Part shown: in pieces, positions 26,410 through 40,567 of the stretch
Numbering within the stretch: position 1 is the stretch's first letter
Layout of the letters: each line of letters opens with the position of its first letter
Source: Octopus bimaculoides
Lineage: Eukaryota
Assembly: GCF_001194135.2 (NCBI RefSeq)
Contig: NC_068995.1
Coordinates: forward strand, 33,491,218-33,555,217
Reading direction: 5' to 3'
DNA: 64,000 nucleotides
Notes under the pieces: model-generated
Told to the model about the DNA's origin: nothing
What the model saw: the letters and a program-made list of their open reading frames with translations, nothing else
The model's database searches: none
Translations under genes and position numbers: made by a program

Positions 26410-27331
26410 CACATTCACCCCTCCTCACCGCCAGCTCTCAGATACCCAACTGTTTGGCTAACATGTACACACACATACCCCATAGACTCAGCAGGCTGTT
26501 GTGGTCAGTGACAGTAAATTAGATGCCCATGTTGATTTACAATGTGACATCAACTGCCTTGAGTACCTGCATCCCCTATCTATATATATATTTACATATT
26601 CATGTAGGCATACATATACAAACACACAGACACTCTCCCACACTGACAAATATGTATGGCTATACACAAAGTCAGTCTTTGATTTGGGTAGTAGTTTATA
26701 TGCACAAATATATGAGAGTTTGTATACAATGAGATGTATCTCATTGTATATTACACTCGAGCAATAATGGCATGGTCAGTATATATGCATTGATAAAATA
26801 AAAAGTCAGTAACATTTAATAACACACTACAGTCTAATTTTGCACATATTCTGTCTTATGTATAAAATTAGGTAGATTATCAACTTCAAACAATACAGTA
26901 GGTCCAGAAAGTAACTTCATAGTACATATCCTTAACATTTATACCAAAGTGTTTCCATCGAAGGAGAGATTTGGTTGACTGGCTATTATCATAGGTAATC
27001 TGTAATTAATTGATTAATTACTGCTACTATATTGTGAAATGTTAAATTTCATCTTGTGTTGGCATCTTATTAATGTTTCTGAAAATTTATTAATAATCTT
27101 TTCATTGCTCAATATTATGCATAGTGATTCCTCAGAGCATAGTCTGCACTTCCTAGAGAGGGCATCATATGGGTGTGCATGTTTTATTATTGATCAGTTT
27201 AAAATATATTTTACCTTATCCTTGTTTAGCTTCCATTTAAGGTTGGCCAATGATGTTGAATGTCTGTTATCAATCCTGTTGAAACTAGCAACATGATTTT
27301 GATATTAATTTTTTTTTAATCAGCTGATGCA

Positions 27332-27332
<1 letters not shown>

Positions 27333-27420
<88 letters not shown>
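27333..27420. repeat. (TA)n microsatellite
   Basis: Uninterrupted TA run of about 44 units. Confidence 0.95.
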
Positions 27421-27422
<2 letters not shown>

Positions 27423-29446
27423 GCCTCCCTGGTGTTCACTATGCATTTGTATACCACATTTTGGTGCATACATAGATTCTGCAAAGGTCATTTTCTTTTG
27501 TCCTTGCATGTGCATTTGTTGCTTGGTACATCTTTATGTCTATTATCCTCTTTTTCCTCCTCTTTGTAGCTGTAGTTTCGACACTATCTCTTTTATTATA
27601 TGGCTCCCAACAATTATTAGTGAATCAGTTACTAGTGTAATTCATTTTATTAGCATTGTAACTATTAGAGATTGGATGACTTGTTCTTTCCTTATTTGCC
27701 GAGTCCCTTGTGGAAAAACTGTCTTTTGTTATGGACCCACTACTACTGTATTTATTTTTATATATTTCTACTGCATTTAGTTTTAAATAATGGACAGAGT
27801 CAAGACTATTGAAATGTAAAGACAGAATCTCTACACAAGAAAGAATCAACAAGGAGAAATCCTTTTTAATCCTCCTTATACACATCTATATTAAAATGTG
27901 CTTTCAGTTTATCATTCTGCCTTATTATTATTTTTTATTTTCCTATTATTTCTCCACCTGCGGTTAACACAACCCCACCATTTACTGACTTATATATATA
28001 TATATATTATATTGTTCTCTAAAATTTGTAGGCACTCTTGTTTTAAACTGGCCATTGCTTGGCCGCGATAGTAACTGGTCATTGTTCTCTAAAATTTGTA
28101 TATATATATATATATATATANNNNNNNNNNNNNNNNNNNNNNNNNNNNNNNNNNNNNNNNNNNNNNNNNNNNNNNNNNNNNNNNNNNNNNNNNNNNNNNN
28201 NNNNNNNNNNNNNNNNNNNNNNNNNNNNNNNNNNNNNNNNNNNNNNNNNNNNNNNNNNNNNNNNNNNNNNNNNNNNNNNNNNNNNNNNNNNNNNNNNNNN
28301 NNNNNNNNNNNNNNNNNNNNNNNNNNNNNNNNNNNNNNNNNNNNNNNNNNNNNNNNNNNNNNNNNNNNNNNNNNNNNNNNNNNNNNNNNNNNNNNNNNNN
28401 NNNNNNNNNNNNNNNNNNNNNNNNNNNNNNNNNNNNNNNNNNNNNNNNNNNNNNNNNNNNNNNNNNNNNNNNNNNNNNNNNNNNNNNNNNNNNNNNNNNN
28501 NNNNNNNNNNNNNNNNNNNNNNNNNNNNNNNNNNNNNNNNNNNNNNNNNNNNNNNNNNNNNNNNNNNNNNNNNNNNNNNNNNNNNNNNNNNNNNNNNNNN
28601 NNNNNNNNNNNNNNNNNNNNNNNNNNNNNNNNNNNNNNNNNNNNNNNNNNNNNNNNNNNNNNNNNNNNNNNNNNNNNNNNNNNNNNNNNNNNNNNNNNNN
28701 NNNNNNNNNNNNNNNNNNNNNNNNNNNNNNNNNNNNNNNNNNGACACGTAAAAGCACCCACTACACTCTCTGAGTGGTTGGCGTTAGGAAGGGCATCCAG
28801 CTGTAGAAACTCTGCCAAATCAGACTGGAGCCTGGTGTTGCCATCCGGTTTCACCAGTCCTCAGTCAAATCGTCCAACCCATGCTAGCATGGAAAGCGGA
28901 CGTTAAACGATGATGATGATGATGATGATATATATATATATAAATTGGGTTTTACTTATGTCTCTCACTGTTGCTATGTTCTCCCCAACAATAGTATACT
29001 GGCCATTGCTCCTGCTTCACTATGGTTACATGCTGCTATTTCTATTTCCCATAGTGAAACTGTCCAACTTATTTGACCATGTCTGGCTGTAGATTATATA
29101 AAGGACCTTTAGCACATGGTTTCTCAGACTTTCATGTAGTTTTATGCTGCTGCTTGCTTCACTGTTGTTGACTGACACTCACAATATGCACAGCTGAGCT
29201 AAGAATTTCTCTCGTTCTTAATTGCTTCATTCATTCATCTAACCCGTATTACTAACATGTACTTTCGTAACCTGTAATTATCTAAATTAATTCTTCAATT
29301 GTGTTTACACGTTGGAAAGGCTTCATTGTGTTTATTAAGCAATTGAGGTGAGTTATGGGTTAAAATTTTGAGGGCTCTTTTAAGCAGAATCCACAAATGG
29401 AGTGCTGGCCCTGATATGGGAAACCAGAGCCTATTAGTCTCTATTG

Positions 29447-30710
29447 CAGGTGTACAAAAATGTCAATTTAAGGTAATGAAACAAAGTATTATTGTTATAT
29501 TACCATTTTATTGTAATAATGAAACACACTACCGAAGAATAGCAACAAAAGATATGAAACAAACACAATTTGTTGGTGTTGTACTTTATTTGTCTACGTA
29601 ACTTCCTTGTTTAAAAATGGCATCAAACAGTCTTTTGTCCACAGAAGCTGTTGGCCAACTAATCTGAGAAGATGTTTTGGTATCAGAAACTGTTTTGATC
29701 TTTCCCCACAGAGCTTCCTTGATAAAAACTGGATACCTCCTTCATACACCTTCTTCTTCAAGATCGACCAGAGCTGTTCGATAGGGTTTAGGCCAGGAGA
29801 ACAGGAAGGCCAAATCATGAGTGACTGGTCTGTAATTCCCAAAGTTGCGAGGTATGAAATTGTACCCTTGGTTGAATGCGAAGGAGCATTGTCTTGCATA
29901 AAAATCAATTGCCATCAGCATTAGAGTGGCAGATCATCTAACCATGCTGCAAAATGCTTCCCCAGAAACACAATGTAGGAATTGCTGGTGAGTTTGACAC
30001 CTTCCCGTACTCAGAATGGCCCGACAAGTTCATTTCCTATGATTCCCACCCAAAACATGACCTCCTTGTTGATGCCAAATATGACGCGGGCAAGAAGCTC
30101 CAAGAGGCACCCATACTTTGGTGCATCTGTCGGGGCCATCCAGCATAGCTCTGGCCTCATCCGTGAAGAGGACATCTTGGAAATTGATCTTCATGTACTT
30201 CTGTGCCCAATCAATACGCTTCTCTTTGTAGTTCTTGCTTAGGATGGGTCTAGCAATGCACTTAACACTTCTGGCCATCTCTTTAAGGATCCTACACTAG
30301 GTGCTTCTGGACAAAGGAGCAACCTCAGCACTTTCAAATATGGCAGCACTTGTGCTACCGAGGTCTTTTCTTATTTGTCTACCCATTTTTCGGATGTCAC
30401 GCTGGAATACACTTCTTCTCTTACCTTTATTTTGCCTTGGTTTGGTGATGGGGTTTTCCACATATGCCTTCAATGTTCTTGTATTCCGACCAAGCTCTTG
30501 GGCTAATTCTCCCACATAAGCTTTCTGTGAGATCTGCAACAATCTGTGTCTTCTCTTTAGCTGTCAGACATTGTTTCAGGGGCTTTTTCATACATCTGCA
30601 ATAACTCAACATAACTTTGTATGTCACTTATCAATGTGATTGAAATGTTCACTGCATATGTACCTACCTAGGATCTTTTAGTGGACCAAGTTTCATGTTT
30701 GTACACTTTG
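29447..30710 (-). mobile_element. Tc1-like DNA transposon with DD37E transposase pseudogene (element ends uncertain)
   Basis: Frameshifted segments: HTH region (ELAQELGRNTRTLK), FQDVLFTDE, IFMQDNAPSH...WPSCSPGLNPIEQLWSILKKKVYEGG. There are 37 residues between the second D (29891-29893) and the E (29777-29779). Confidence 0.85.
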
Positions 30711-33700
30711 TAATTTTCAAAATATCAACAAAAATTTGACCTTGAGTGAAGCAATTTTGGTTTTAAAAAAAAATTGTTAATAATTTCAGAGGAAAATGTG
30801 ATTTAAGAGAGATCTGGCTGTTGTTTCTAGCACTTCCCCAAACCTCCCTCTTTGTTTCTTTCTCGCTTACACATCTATTGATATTTTTCAATATTTTTCT
30901 TCCCATAAACAAATTTTATGGAATGATGATGTCAAAGTAACATACATGTAGTCCCAACCGATCGAAGCTGTGTTAAGTGTGTAAAAAAAACCCCACCTAT
31001 AATCATCTTTAGTGTTCATATTAATCTGTGAAATGTAATGCTTATTTGTTCACATTATTTTGAATTATTGAGGTTCAAGCGGTGTGTCCACAGAATTTGC
31101 TTGTAACTTTGTAAATTTTTTTACGTACAGGTTTGAAATTTTGTCAGTGAGTGCTTTATCTATCACTGGTTTATAGTTATGCAATTTTAGCTGATCTCGC
31201 CGAGTAAATTTGACTTTTATAGGCAGGTAAATTTAATTAACAGGTATAAAAGCAATAACATTATGGATAGATACTAAAATTGAAATTGTTAATGCATCTT
31301 AACTGCTTGATTTGTTATTAAAATTATTCCAGATGGCAACCAACAAAAATTTTGTCACTTTTCAAGATGAGGTACATTAATTTGAATTAATTAAAATACA
31401 GGTTTAATCGGTACAAGATTTTATTCTTTTGGTAAATATTTTGTACCTCAGTGTGGAATAATTTAATCCACAGTTTTTTTCGGGTGCATTCAAACCTGCT
31501 GCAAGCCACTTTTTTCTGGAAAAGAAAGGTGAGAGGGGTGGTGGGACCTTGGAGTTTCCCAGCAACAGAGTTTTGTTTCATGGGTCTTTTTTTCTTCTTC
31601 AGGTTTTTTTGCATACTTTCAACAAATGTGACATCTAGAAAAGGAAAAATTTGGCTGCTGTTTCTAGCATGCCCTGCTCCTACATAACAGCTANNNNNNN
31701 NNNNNNNNNNNNNNNNNNNNNNNNNNNNNNNNNNNNNNNNNNNNNNNNNNNNNNNNNNNNNNNNNNNNNNNNNNNNNNNNNNNNNNNNNNNNNNNNNNNN
31801 NNNNNNNNNNNNNNNNNNNNNNNNNNNNNNNNNNNNNNNNNNNNNNNNNNNNNNNNNNNNNNNNNNNNNNNNNNNNNNNNNNNNNNNNNNNNNNNNNNNN
31901 NNNNNNNNNNNNNNNNNNNNNNNNNNNNNNNNNNNNNNNNNNNNNNNNNNNNNNNNNNNNNNNNNNNNNNNNNNNNNNNNNNNNNNNNNNNNNNNNNNNN
32001 NNNNNNNNNNNNNNNNNNNNNNNNNNNNNNNNNNNNNNNNNNNNNNNNNNNNNNNNNNNNNNNNNNNNNNNNNNNNNNNNNNNNNNNNNNNNNNNNNNNN
32101 NNNNNNNNNNNNNNNNNNNNNNNNNNNNNNNNNNNNNNNNNNNNNNNNNNNNNNNNNNNNNNNNNNNNNNNNNNNNNNNNNNNNNNNNNNNNNNNNNNNN
32201 NNNNNNNNNNNNNNNNNNNNNNNNNNNNNNNNNNNNNNNNNNNNNNNNNNNNNNNNNNNNNNNNNNNNNNNNNNNNNNNNNNNNNNNNNNNNNNNNNNNN
32301 NNNNNNNNNNNNNNNNNNNNNNNNNNNNNNNNNNNNNNNNNNNNNNNNNNNNNNNNNNNNNNNNNNNNNNNNNNNNNNNNNNNNNNNNNNNNNNNNNNNN
32401 NNNNNNNNNNNNNNNNNNNNNNNNNNNNNNNNNNNNNNNNNNNNNNNNNNNNNNNNNNNNNNNNNNNNNNNNNNNNNNNNNNNNNGATCAAGTGGAAACA
32501 CATCATTCACTGTTCCCTCTTGACAGGACAAAAAATTTCTGGCTGTCTTTGCAAGTAATAAGTGAGCGGATTTGGTTTCAAATCCAGGCAGGTCCTACAA
32601 GTTATTTATAATAATAAATGGTATTATTTCGGGTTTGAAAGAATGACACGTACAATATTAAATATGCTAAGACAATCTGAAAACAATGGAAATGTTTAAA
32701 CATTTACCAGTTTTTATGAAATTTATGGATTAACAAACTTGAGTTAACAGAAGCTAAATGTATAACGGAAGTTAATTAGTCTGATAATGATTTTCAAAGT
32801 TAACTTAAAAGTTAAATTGTTAACGAAAATGTCAACTTTGTTAATTAACGATTAATGGATTAATGGACTTGCGCCCAGCTCTGTGTGTATATATCATCAT
32901 CATCATCATCATCGTTTAACGTCCGCCTTCCATGCTAGCATGGGTTGGACGATTTGACTGAGGACTGGTGAAACCGGATGGCAATACCAGGCTCCAATCT
33001 AATTTGGCAGAGTTTCTACAGCTGGATGCCCTTCCTAACGCCAACCACTCAGAGAGTGTAGTGGGTGCTTTTACGTGTCACCCGCACGAAAACGGCCACG
33101 CTCGAAATGGTGTCTTTTATGTTCCACCCGCACAAGAGCCAGTCCCGGGGCACCGGCAACGATCTCGCTCGAAAAACCTCATGTGTCGCCCGCACATGAG
33201 CCAGTCNNNNNNNNNNNNNNNNNNNNNNNNNNNNNNNNNNNNNNNNNNNNNNNNNNNNNNNNNNNNNNNNNNNNNNNNNNNNNNNNNNNNNNNNNNNNNN
33301 NNNNNNNNNNNNNNNNNNNNNNNNNNNNNNNNNNNNNNNNNNNNNNNNNNNNNNNNNNNNNNNNNNNNNNNNNNNNNNNNNNNNNNNNNNNNNNNNNNNN
33401 NNNNNNNNNNNNNNNNNNNNNNNNNNNNNNNNNNNNNNNNNNNNNNNNNNNNNNNNNNNNNNNNNNNNNNNNNNNNNNNNNNNNNNNNNNNNNNNNNNNN
33501 NNNNNNNNNNNNNNNNNNNNNNNNNNNNNNNNNNNNNNNNNNNNNNNNNNNNNNNNNNNNNNNNNNNNNNNNNNNNNNNNNNNNNNNNNNNNNNNNNNTT
33601 CACCTAGTCGTGTAGGTGAAAAACCTACACGACTAGGTGAAAAGCGCTTCATTTAATATGTGACATTAATAAAAATCTGTAAATGTACAAACATCCAGGT

Positions 33701-34088
33701 TTCTGAGTACCTTAATTAAAATTTTTTTCTATATAATTTCTGTACATCACCTCCAAACCTTCAAATATATATATATATATATATGAAGATTTTATACCTA
33801 TGTGTCGGTGGTGTGTAAAAAGCACCACCTGAACATGGTTGATGCCAGCCCGCGTACTTCCTCCTGTGCCAGTAGCACATAAAAAGCACCATCCGAATGT
33901 GGTCAGTGGCATGTAAAAAGCATCCACTACACTCTGAGTGGTTGGTGTTAGGAAGAGCATCCAGTTGTAGAAACCTTGCCAGATCACATTGGAGCCTGGC
34001 GCAGCCTACTGGCTTGCTAGTCCCCAGTCAAACCATCCAGTCCATACCAGCATGGAGAAAAGAACATTAAATGATGATGATGTTACAT

Positions 34089-34172
<84 letters not shown>

Positions 34173-35672
34173 TTTCAGTATATACCAGTCAAGAAAAGGA
34201 AATATTTGAAATAGTTCAAGTGGTCTTCATTCTTGTCACTCCACTGAGCCTCCATTCTTGCCACTCCACTCTTTGTGTCACTGAGTGCATATCATATCAT
34301 TTCCATGATTTAAAAAAAGACAAGTGTTTGGCAGGAATGGTGTCAGTTTTGCTGACCTAATGGTAGGGAATTTGTGAGGAAGTGAGAGTTTTAGTTGGAA
34401 GAGTATAGAATAGAACTGAGGTGTAATGTGAGAGTTGAAGTTAGTGAATCTATATGTATATGGTGGGGTTTAGTGGCAATGGTGAGGGGAAGATAAGAAC
34501 ATAAGCAAATGTGCTGTGAGATGAGAATGAGTGATGCATTGTGGATGGGTGGGGTCAGTCGTAGTAGCAGTGGTTGCTTGTAGTGGTAGAAGTAGTTGGT
34601 GATTGTTACTGGTAATGTTGATGTTGTTTAGTACCAGATCAGTCTTGGCTGCAGTAGCTACTGACCACCCTATTAGATTTTTAGAAATGATGTATCAAAG
34701 ATTATGTTATATAATGACTCCTTTATTTCTTTTAAGATGGGAAAGTATGATTTGAGAAGGACTTGGCTCTTATTTCTAGCAAGGTGAATGACCATGTAGA
34801 ATTCATATCAATGATCATTATCATCACCAAGAAATTAATATTCTTCCTTCCTCTGCTCATATGTGAGGTGGGTTAGGGTCTATTGCCATCTTGCATGTAA
34901 AGCCATCCTAACTGAGCTCTGATCCCACTGTTTCTTCTCAAGCTTTCCTTTACCACAGCTACCCTCTATTGTCACTTCATCATCCAGTACTCAACAGCAG
35001 CTTGTGGCTTGTACTTTGGGATTTAGCTCGGTCTGAAAACAGCAAAATTGACTGTTTGCTACACATAACAAAATAATCTTTACATAAATATTTTTAAAAT
35101 TACCAAAAGATAAAAAGAGTTTCCTTTCCAAAAATCTGGACATCCCCCCCCCCAGCAACTGCTATACCATGGTCACTATTAATTTGTGTAATTTGAAGAG
35201 GATTATCATCTCAGCTTCAGAGATATGATGTCACAAATATGACTAATTGTTCATTTAGGCCTAAGCAAGATTTCAACCTATTTGCTAACCAATCAAATTG
35301 TCATATTTATCCAAATTTCACAAATGAAGTATCAAAATTTTTTTTTGGGATGCTCTCCAAGAAAAAGTGCAATAGAAATTTCATTTAAATATTTTCAAAA
35401 ATTCAAAGTGATATCTAATATAATATTTATAATGTCTATACAGTTATAGTATGATATATAGTTGTTAGTGTGGTAGCAGAGAGTGTAATAGTAGATACTA
35501 TTGGTCGAGGAAGTATAGAAGAGACTGAGAAAAGGGAAGGGGATTAATAATGTGGGTTGCATGAAGTGTGTCCCAGTTTATCCTACATTATAAGTTTGAG
35601 TATGGGCAGAAGGTATAAGGAAATGGAACCTGAAAGAGATAAATAGGTTGGGGAGTCATTGATGGAAAGAGA

Positions 35673-36765
35673 GGATCCTTTTGGTTTGACGGGCAACATT
35701 TTTCATTAATGTTTTATGTAGTGTTTTTGGTACCGAAACACTTTCAAACTTCGCATATTTGTATATTTTGTGTTATAGAACAGATAAAAATTTTTGTATT
35801 CGAAGTTATTTCATGTAAAAAATTGTTGTATTTCGGTAATTTCAACCAATCACTGACGTCTATTGAGGTGAAAACAATTAATGCCGTAACGGTGTCATGG
35901 GATCTTTTCCCTTGAATAAAATTAGTCCCATTGTTTGTCAACAACTACCTGTGTTACTCTTATTTATGACATCGTTCGTGCGTTTGTACTGGTTTTAGCT
36001 TTAGGGTTTTAGGGTTAGGGTTTGGATTTTANNNNNNNNNNNNNNNNNNNNNNNNNNNNNNNNNNNNNNNNNNNNNNNNNNNNNNNNNNNNNNNNNNNNN
36101 NNNNNNNNNNNNNNNNNNNNNNNNNNNNNNNNNNNNNNNNNNNNNNNNNNNNNNNNNNNNNNNNNNNNNNNNNNNNNNNNNNNNNNNNNNNNNNNNNNNN
36201 NNNNNNNNNNNNNNNNNNNNNNNNNNNNNNNNNNNNNNNNNNNNNNNNNNNNNNNNNNNNNNNNNNNNNNNNNNNNNNNNNNNNNNNNNNNNNNNNNNNN
36301 NNNNNNNNNNNNNNNNNNNNNNNNNNNNNNNNNNNNNNNNNNNNNNNNNNNNNNNNNNNNNNNNNNNNNNNNNNNNNNNATAGCCAGAACCCTAACCCTA
36401 ACCCTAACCCCAACCCTAACCCTAAAACCCTAACCCTAACTCTAAAACCCGAACCCTAACCCTAGAAACCCTAAACCCTTACTAGGGAATAATGATATAA
36501 TTAAACAGGGAATAACACTCTTGACACCGGTAAAAATTATTGTTTATAAAAAGAGCAGTAACTGTATTCAGCTGAATAGACGTCAGTGATTGGTTGAAAT
36601 TACAGAAATATGACAACTTTAACATGAAATAACTTGCGATGTACAATTTTTTGTTAAGAAGGTTAAGAGAAGAAGTTGTTTTATATGACACATTCTACCA
36701 GTGTCCCAAATTTGAAAGTGTTTCGTTAAGAAAACAAGTGTTGCCTGTCAAAACCAAAAAGATCC
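35673..36765. mobile_element. Second copy of the GGATC foldback MITE, with expanded TTAGGG/CCCTAA arrays around a gap
   Basis: TIR ggatccttttggtttgacgggcaac / gttgcctgtcaaaaccaaaaagatcc; perfect TSD gaaagaga at 35665-35672 and 36766-36773; TTAGGG-like repeats at 35991-36031 and CCCTAA-like repeats at 36389-36480. Confidence 0.88.
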
Positions 36766-38910
36766 GAAAGAGAGACGTTGGGGTCAGTTAGAGATGGAGA
36801 GGTAAGAGGGTTTTTAAGATAGTGAAGGAGTTGTGAAAGAGAAAACATGGTAGAAGGTTTGGGAGTAATAGATGAATGCAAGAAGAGCATTGAGGCGCAG
36901 AGGTTAAAGGGTACCATGGAGGTAGAAGAAAAAAGCTATGTGTGAATGTAGAGAAAGCATTGTGTGTGTGGGAGGTGGGCAGAAACATGGGTGAATGCAG
37001 TGAGACAGGAGAAGGAGGAGGAGACTGTAGAGGTGGTGGGGGAGCAGAAGTCACGTTGTTTCTAGAGGTGATGTGTTGGGTCTAGGTTGGATATCAGAGA
37101 AGAGGAAGGAAAAGCTGTCTGATGAGTGTTTTATTTCTTGGCATTTAGAGAACTGTACAGGGTGTCAGAGCACCATGAAATCTTTATGATAATCTCCTGC
37201 TAGAGAACCCTTGTCCAAATGTTTGCAACAGAGTGAAATTTGCTAAAGGTTCCCATGTGTTAGAAGATTGTTTTAAATTAGGAGGCATGACATGTCTTCT
37301 CCCCTACCCACAAGTGTTTACTAGATAAGATATTTTACATTCATCATTATTGTCACAGTTTTTCTGAATAATAAATTCATATTATATAATTATTTCTGCT
37401 CTATAAAACACAGCTGTAAAAGCTCAGGTGTGTGTAAGTAAATTGCAAATTTGTTAAAGCTTGTTTTTTTGTTTTTTATTATATATATATATCTTGTTAA
37501 TGGAATGAAGTGTGAAGTTTTCTGTTTTCATTAAGACTGATCTAAATTTGAACAATACTTCAAATATGATATCTAATTCTCTACTGTATAGGTTTTATTA
37601 ATACCTCCTAACACAAATAAAAGCAGTATTAATGATCACAGTAAGTGCAAATTGGTGCTGCTGTTTGAGGAACAGTAGCATTAGTAATATTTATGATTTT
37701 AACACAGGCATAAAAGCTTTATATTTTGTTGGGGTGAAATATAGTCAACTATTGAATAATTACTTATTTCATTAAAGCTAAAAGATGAAACACCAAGTTG
37801 ACCTCAACTGATAGTTTGATGCTCTACTGATTCCAACAACCCCCGCCTTTTTATAATTGTTTTGCCTATTCCTTCTTTTAATTTATCATCTTTATTTTTA
37901 CCTTCATCCTTTTTTGTTTACATGGGTTGGATGCATCTTGTTTGACATTGTCTCATCACTTATTGCAATCCTTTGTACAGTTCAACCTCCTCTTCTGCAT
38001 GATCTTTCCATTTAGATTATTCAGTACTGCTTTACTCGATTATCATTATCCTTATGCATCACGTATCTACACCAGTCAGTCTTCTCTGTTGTACACTAAA
38101 TATCTGATTCTTCTTATACTCAGTGCTTTCTTCAGCTTACTTACGCTGCTCCATTATTTATGCACACTAATATTAGTTCCAAATTTAGGCACAAGGCCAG
38201 TAATATTGGAGGAGGAGGGAAGTCAATAACATCAACCCCAGTTCTCAACTGGTACTTATTTTATTGAGGCCAAAAGGATGAAAGGTAAAGTTGGCCTTGG
38301 CAGCATTTGAACTCAAAATGTAGGGACAGACGAAATGCCACTGAGCATTTTGCCCAGACTGCTAATGATAATGCCAGCTCACCACCTTTATGTACACTTA
38401 TATCAAACATCCAGCAGAGCATATTTGTTTCATTTCTTTCCTGTGTCTGTATTTAGTGCTCATGTTTCATTATTATACAATATTGTACTTTGTGCACAAG
38501 CATCATGCAATTTTTCCTTTAGTCAGAGAGAGAACCAATCCCCCCTATTGCCAACTGACTAAATAACTTCCTAAACTTCCTTCACTTTGTTCTCACTCTG
38601 GTTACAGTATTTTTGAAATACTTGTCTCCACTGCTAATTAGTTCATCTTGATAATGAAAGATATCAACTATTTCTTGCTAGATTTCCATGCATTTGCATA
38701 TTGGTGCTTCTTTTACTATCTACTCTTGTATGCCTACTTCATACAAAGTCCTTTACATTTGTCACCTTACCTGTGACCTTACTGAACCTCTTGTTTACAT
38801 TTGGTATGCAATACAGAGTTGCTATCTACTCCCTTTCAGCATATTGACCATGACCACTCAATGGCAGTACAGTTTTATCTTCTTTCTTGTCTTTACTAGG
38901 TTCACTTTAA

Positions 38911-39283
38911 CTCTTTAGCACTCAGATTACTCTGTCAAATGTAATGCTTGTTCATTCACATTTATCATCATCATCATCACCATCATCATTTAATGTCTGC
39001 TCTCCATGCAGTTTGATATGAAGCTGGCTAGCAGGGAGCTGTCTAGACTCCATCTGTCTGTTGTGGCATGGTTTCTATGGCTGGATGCTCTTTCTAATGC
39101 CAACCACTTAACATTGTTTTGAATTATTTATGCATCATCTCATAACTTTGAGATTTTGATAATGTAATTGTTTATTTTTAGAATGACATTGTAGGATAGG
39201 TGTGAGAAGCCAAATCTGACTGGTTTGAATATAAAACAGGTAGAATTTTTAGGCCAGATATTGCTGGTTCAAATGTTAAAAAG
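38911..39283 (+). mobile_element. piggyBac-like MITE interrupted by an RTE-tail fragment
   Basis: TTAA on both sides; homologous to 61964-62178; (ATC)n-tailed insert at about 38963-39110. Confidence 0.65.
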
Positions 39284-39359
39284 TTAAAGCCTGTTGATCC
39301 TAGTCTTTGCTCTCACATTTGGAATTACTTCTAGTTCTTTCATAAATTCAGTTTTGATA

Positions 39360-39480
39360 ACTGGATCATCTTGGATCATCTGCATACAGTAGCACCTGTA
39401 GACAGCTTGTCTTAAACTCCTGTTACGGCCTGAAAAAAAACTATAATAAACAGGAAGAGTCTTAGAACAGAATCCTAACA
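39360..39480 (-). mobile_element. Decayed non-LTR retrotransposon RT remnant
   Basis: Minus strand gives QDSVLRLFLFI (QGSVLGP-like) followed by LLYADD. Confidence 0.5.
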
Positions 39481-40567
39481 GACACTTATTTGTATGCTTA
39501 ATTTCTTACTTAATTAGTTGCTAACTGGCTTGCATAGCTGTCATATGCCATTCATTTACTCTGAGTTTTTTAGGCATTAGAATGTGATACTGTGTGAATG
39601 GCTTTGTTTTAGTCATGGTTGCTAGGTATAGTGACTTACTCTTAGCTAAGAACTTTTCACTTAGGAAAGGGTATTGGTGGTACCCTGTCCATGCACAGGC
39701 CCAACTATATCTTATCTAAGCTTACTCTTTTCTTAATTAGCTGTACTGTAACTCTGTAACTTTCATAACCTTGTGGACCAGTTTCATGCCATTTTCTTTC
39801 TTCTTTACATATCGTCTTTACATATGTAGAATTTGATGATGATATCACTATGCCAGTCATTGGGTGTAACCCCTCCCTGTATTACCTGGTAGACTATGCA
39901 CATGATTAACACGCCCTGTTTTACTGGATATTTTCTACATTTCAACAACTATCCCTGATAGTCCAGCAGCTTTCCTTGCCTTCATCATGTGTTCAACCAT
40001 ATAGATGTCAACTTCAGTACAGGTATCTCTCTATTGAATCTACTTAGGGTAAGTTCTCTCTCTCACCCATGTATTTTCTTTCAAGCATCATCATCATCAT
40101 CATCGTTTAACTTCCGCTTTCCATGCTAGCATGGGTTGGACGATTTGTCTGAGGACTGGTGAAACCGGATGGCAACACCAGGCTCCAATCTAATTTGGCA
40201 GAGTTTCTACAGCTGGATGCCCTTCCTGTCATAATATTTCCATACCACTTTCTTTTCAGCATCAGTGTTACCTAGTGTACTGGCATGTCTTGATTTGTAC
40301 TGACTCACTGCTTTGCAATCCAAAATTTCTCATTCTTTTGATCCTCTCATTGCAGAGCATTGGCAAACTTCATATCTTTTTGCTAAATATGTATGATAAC
40401 TACCTTCTACATATCTGATAATGTTCTTTAACTCCCACTTGCTTCCAGTCTTTCCATGCCTGTCTTGTAGGCTTTATACTTCTGCTTTTTGTATTCCACC
40501 TCCATGTTACCTTAAGTTAGCATTGCAAATAGGTTATTTGTACTTAAAACTCTATGAGCATTGATCC

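Noticed and set aside
28011-28100. 50-bp insertion with a 20-bp TSD inside (TA)n
   Set aside because: Equally explained as 1.3 units of a 70-bp tandem or an element tail next to a gap; not resolvable here.
31387-32883. hAT transposase around the gap, with a cagagctgggc-type terminus at 32883
   Set aside because: Only one terminus is visible and no catalytic motifs are recognisable; most of the interval is N.
35991-36480. Ancestral telomere-telomere chromosome fusion site
   Set aside because: The arrays lie inside an element with TIRs and a perfect 8-bp TSD, and a sister copy exists at 17544-18328.
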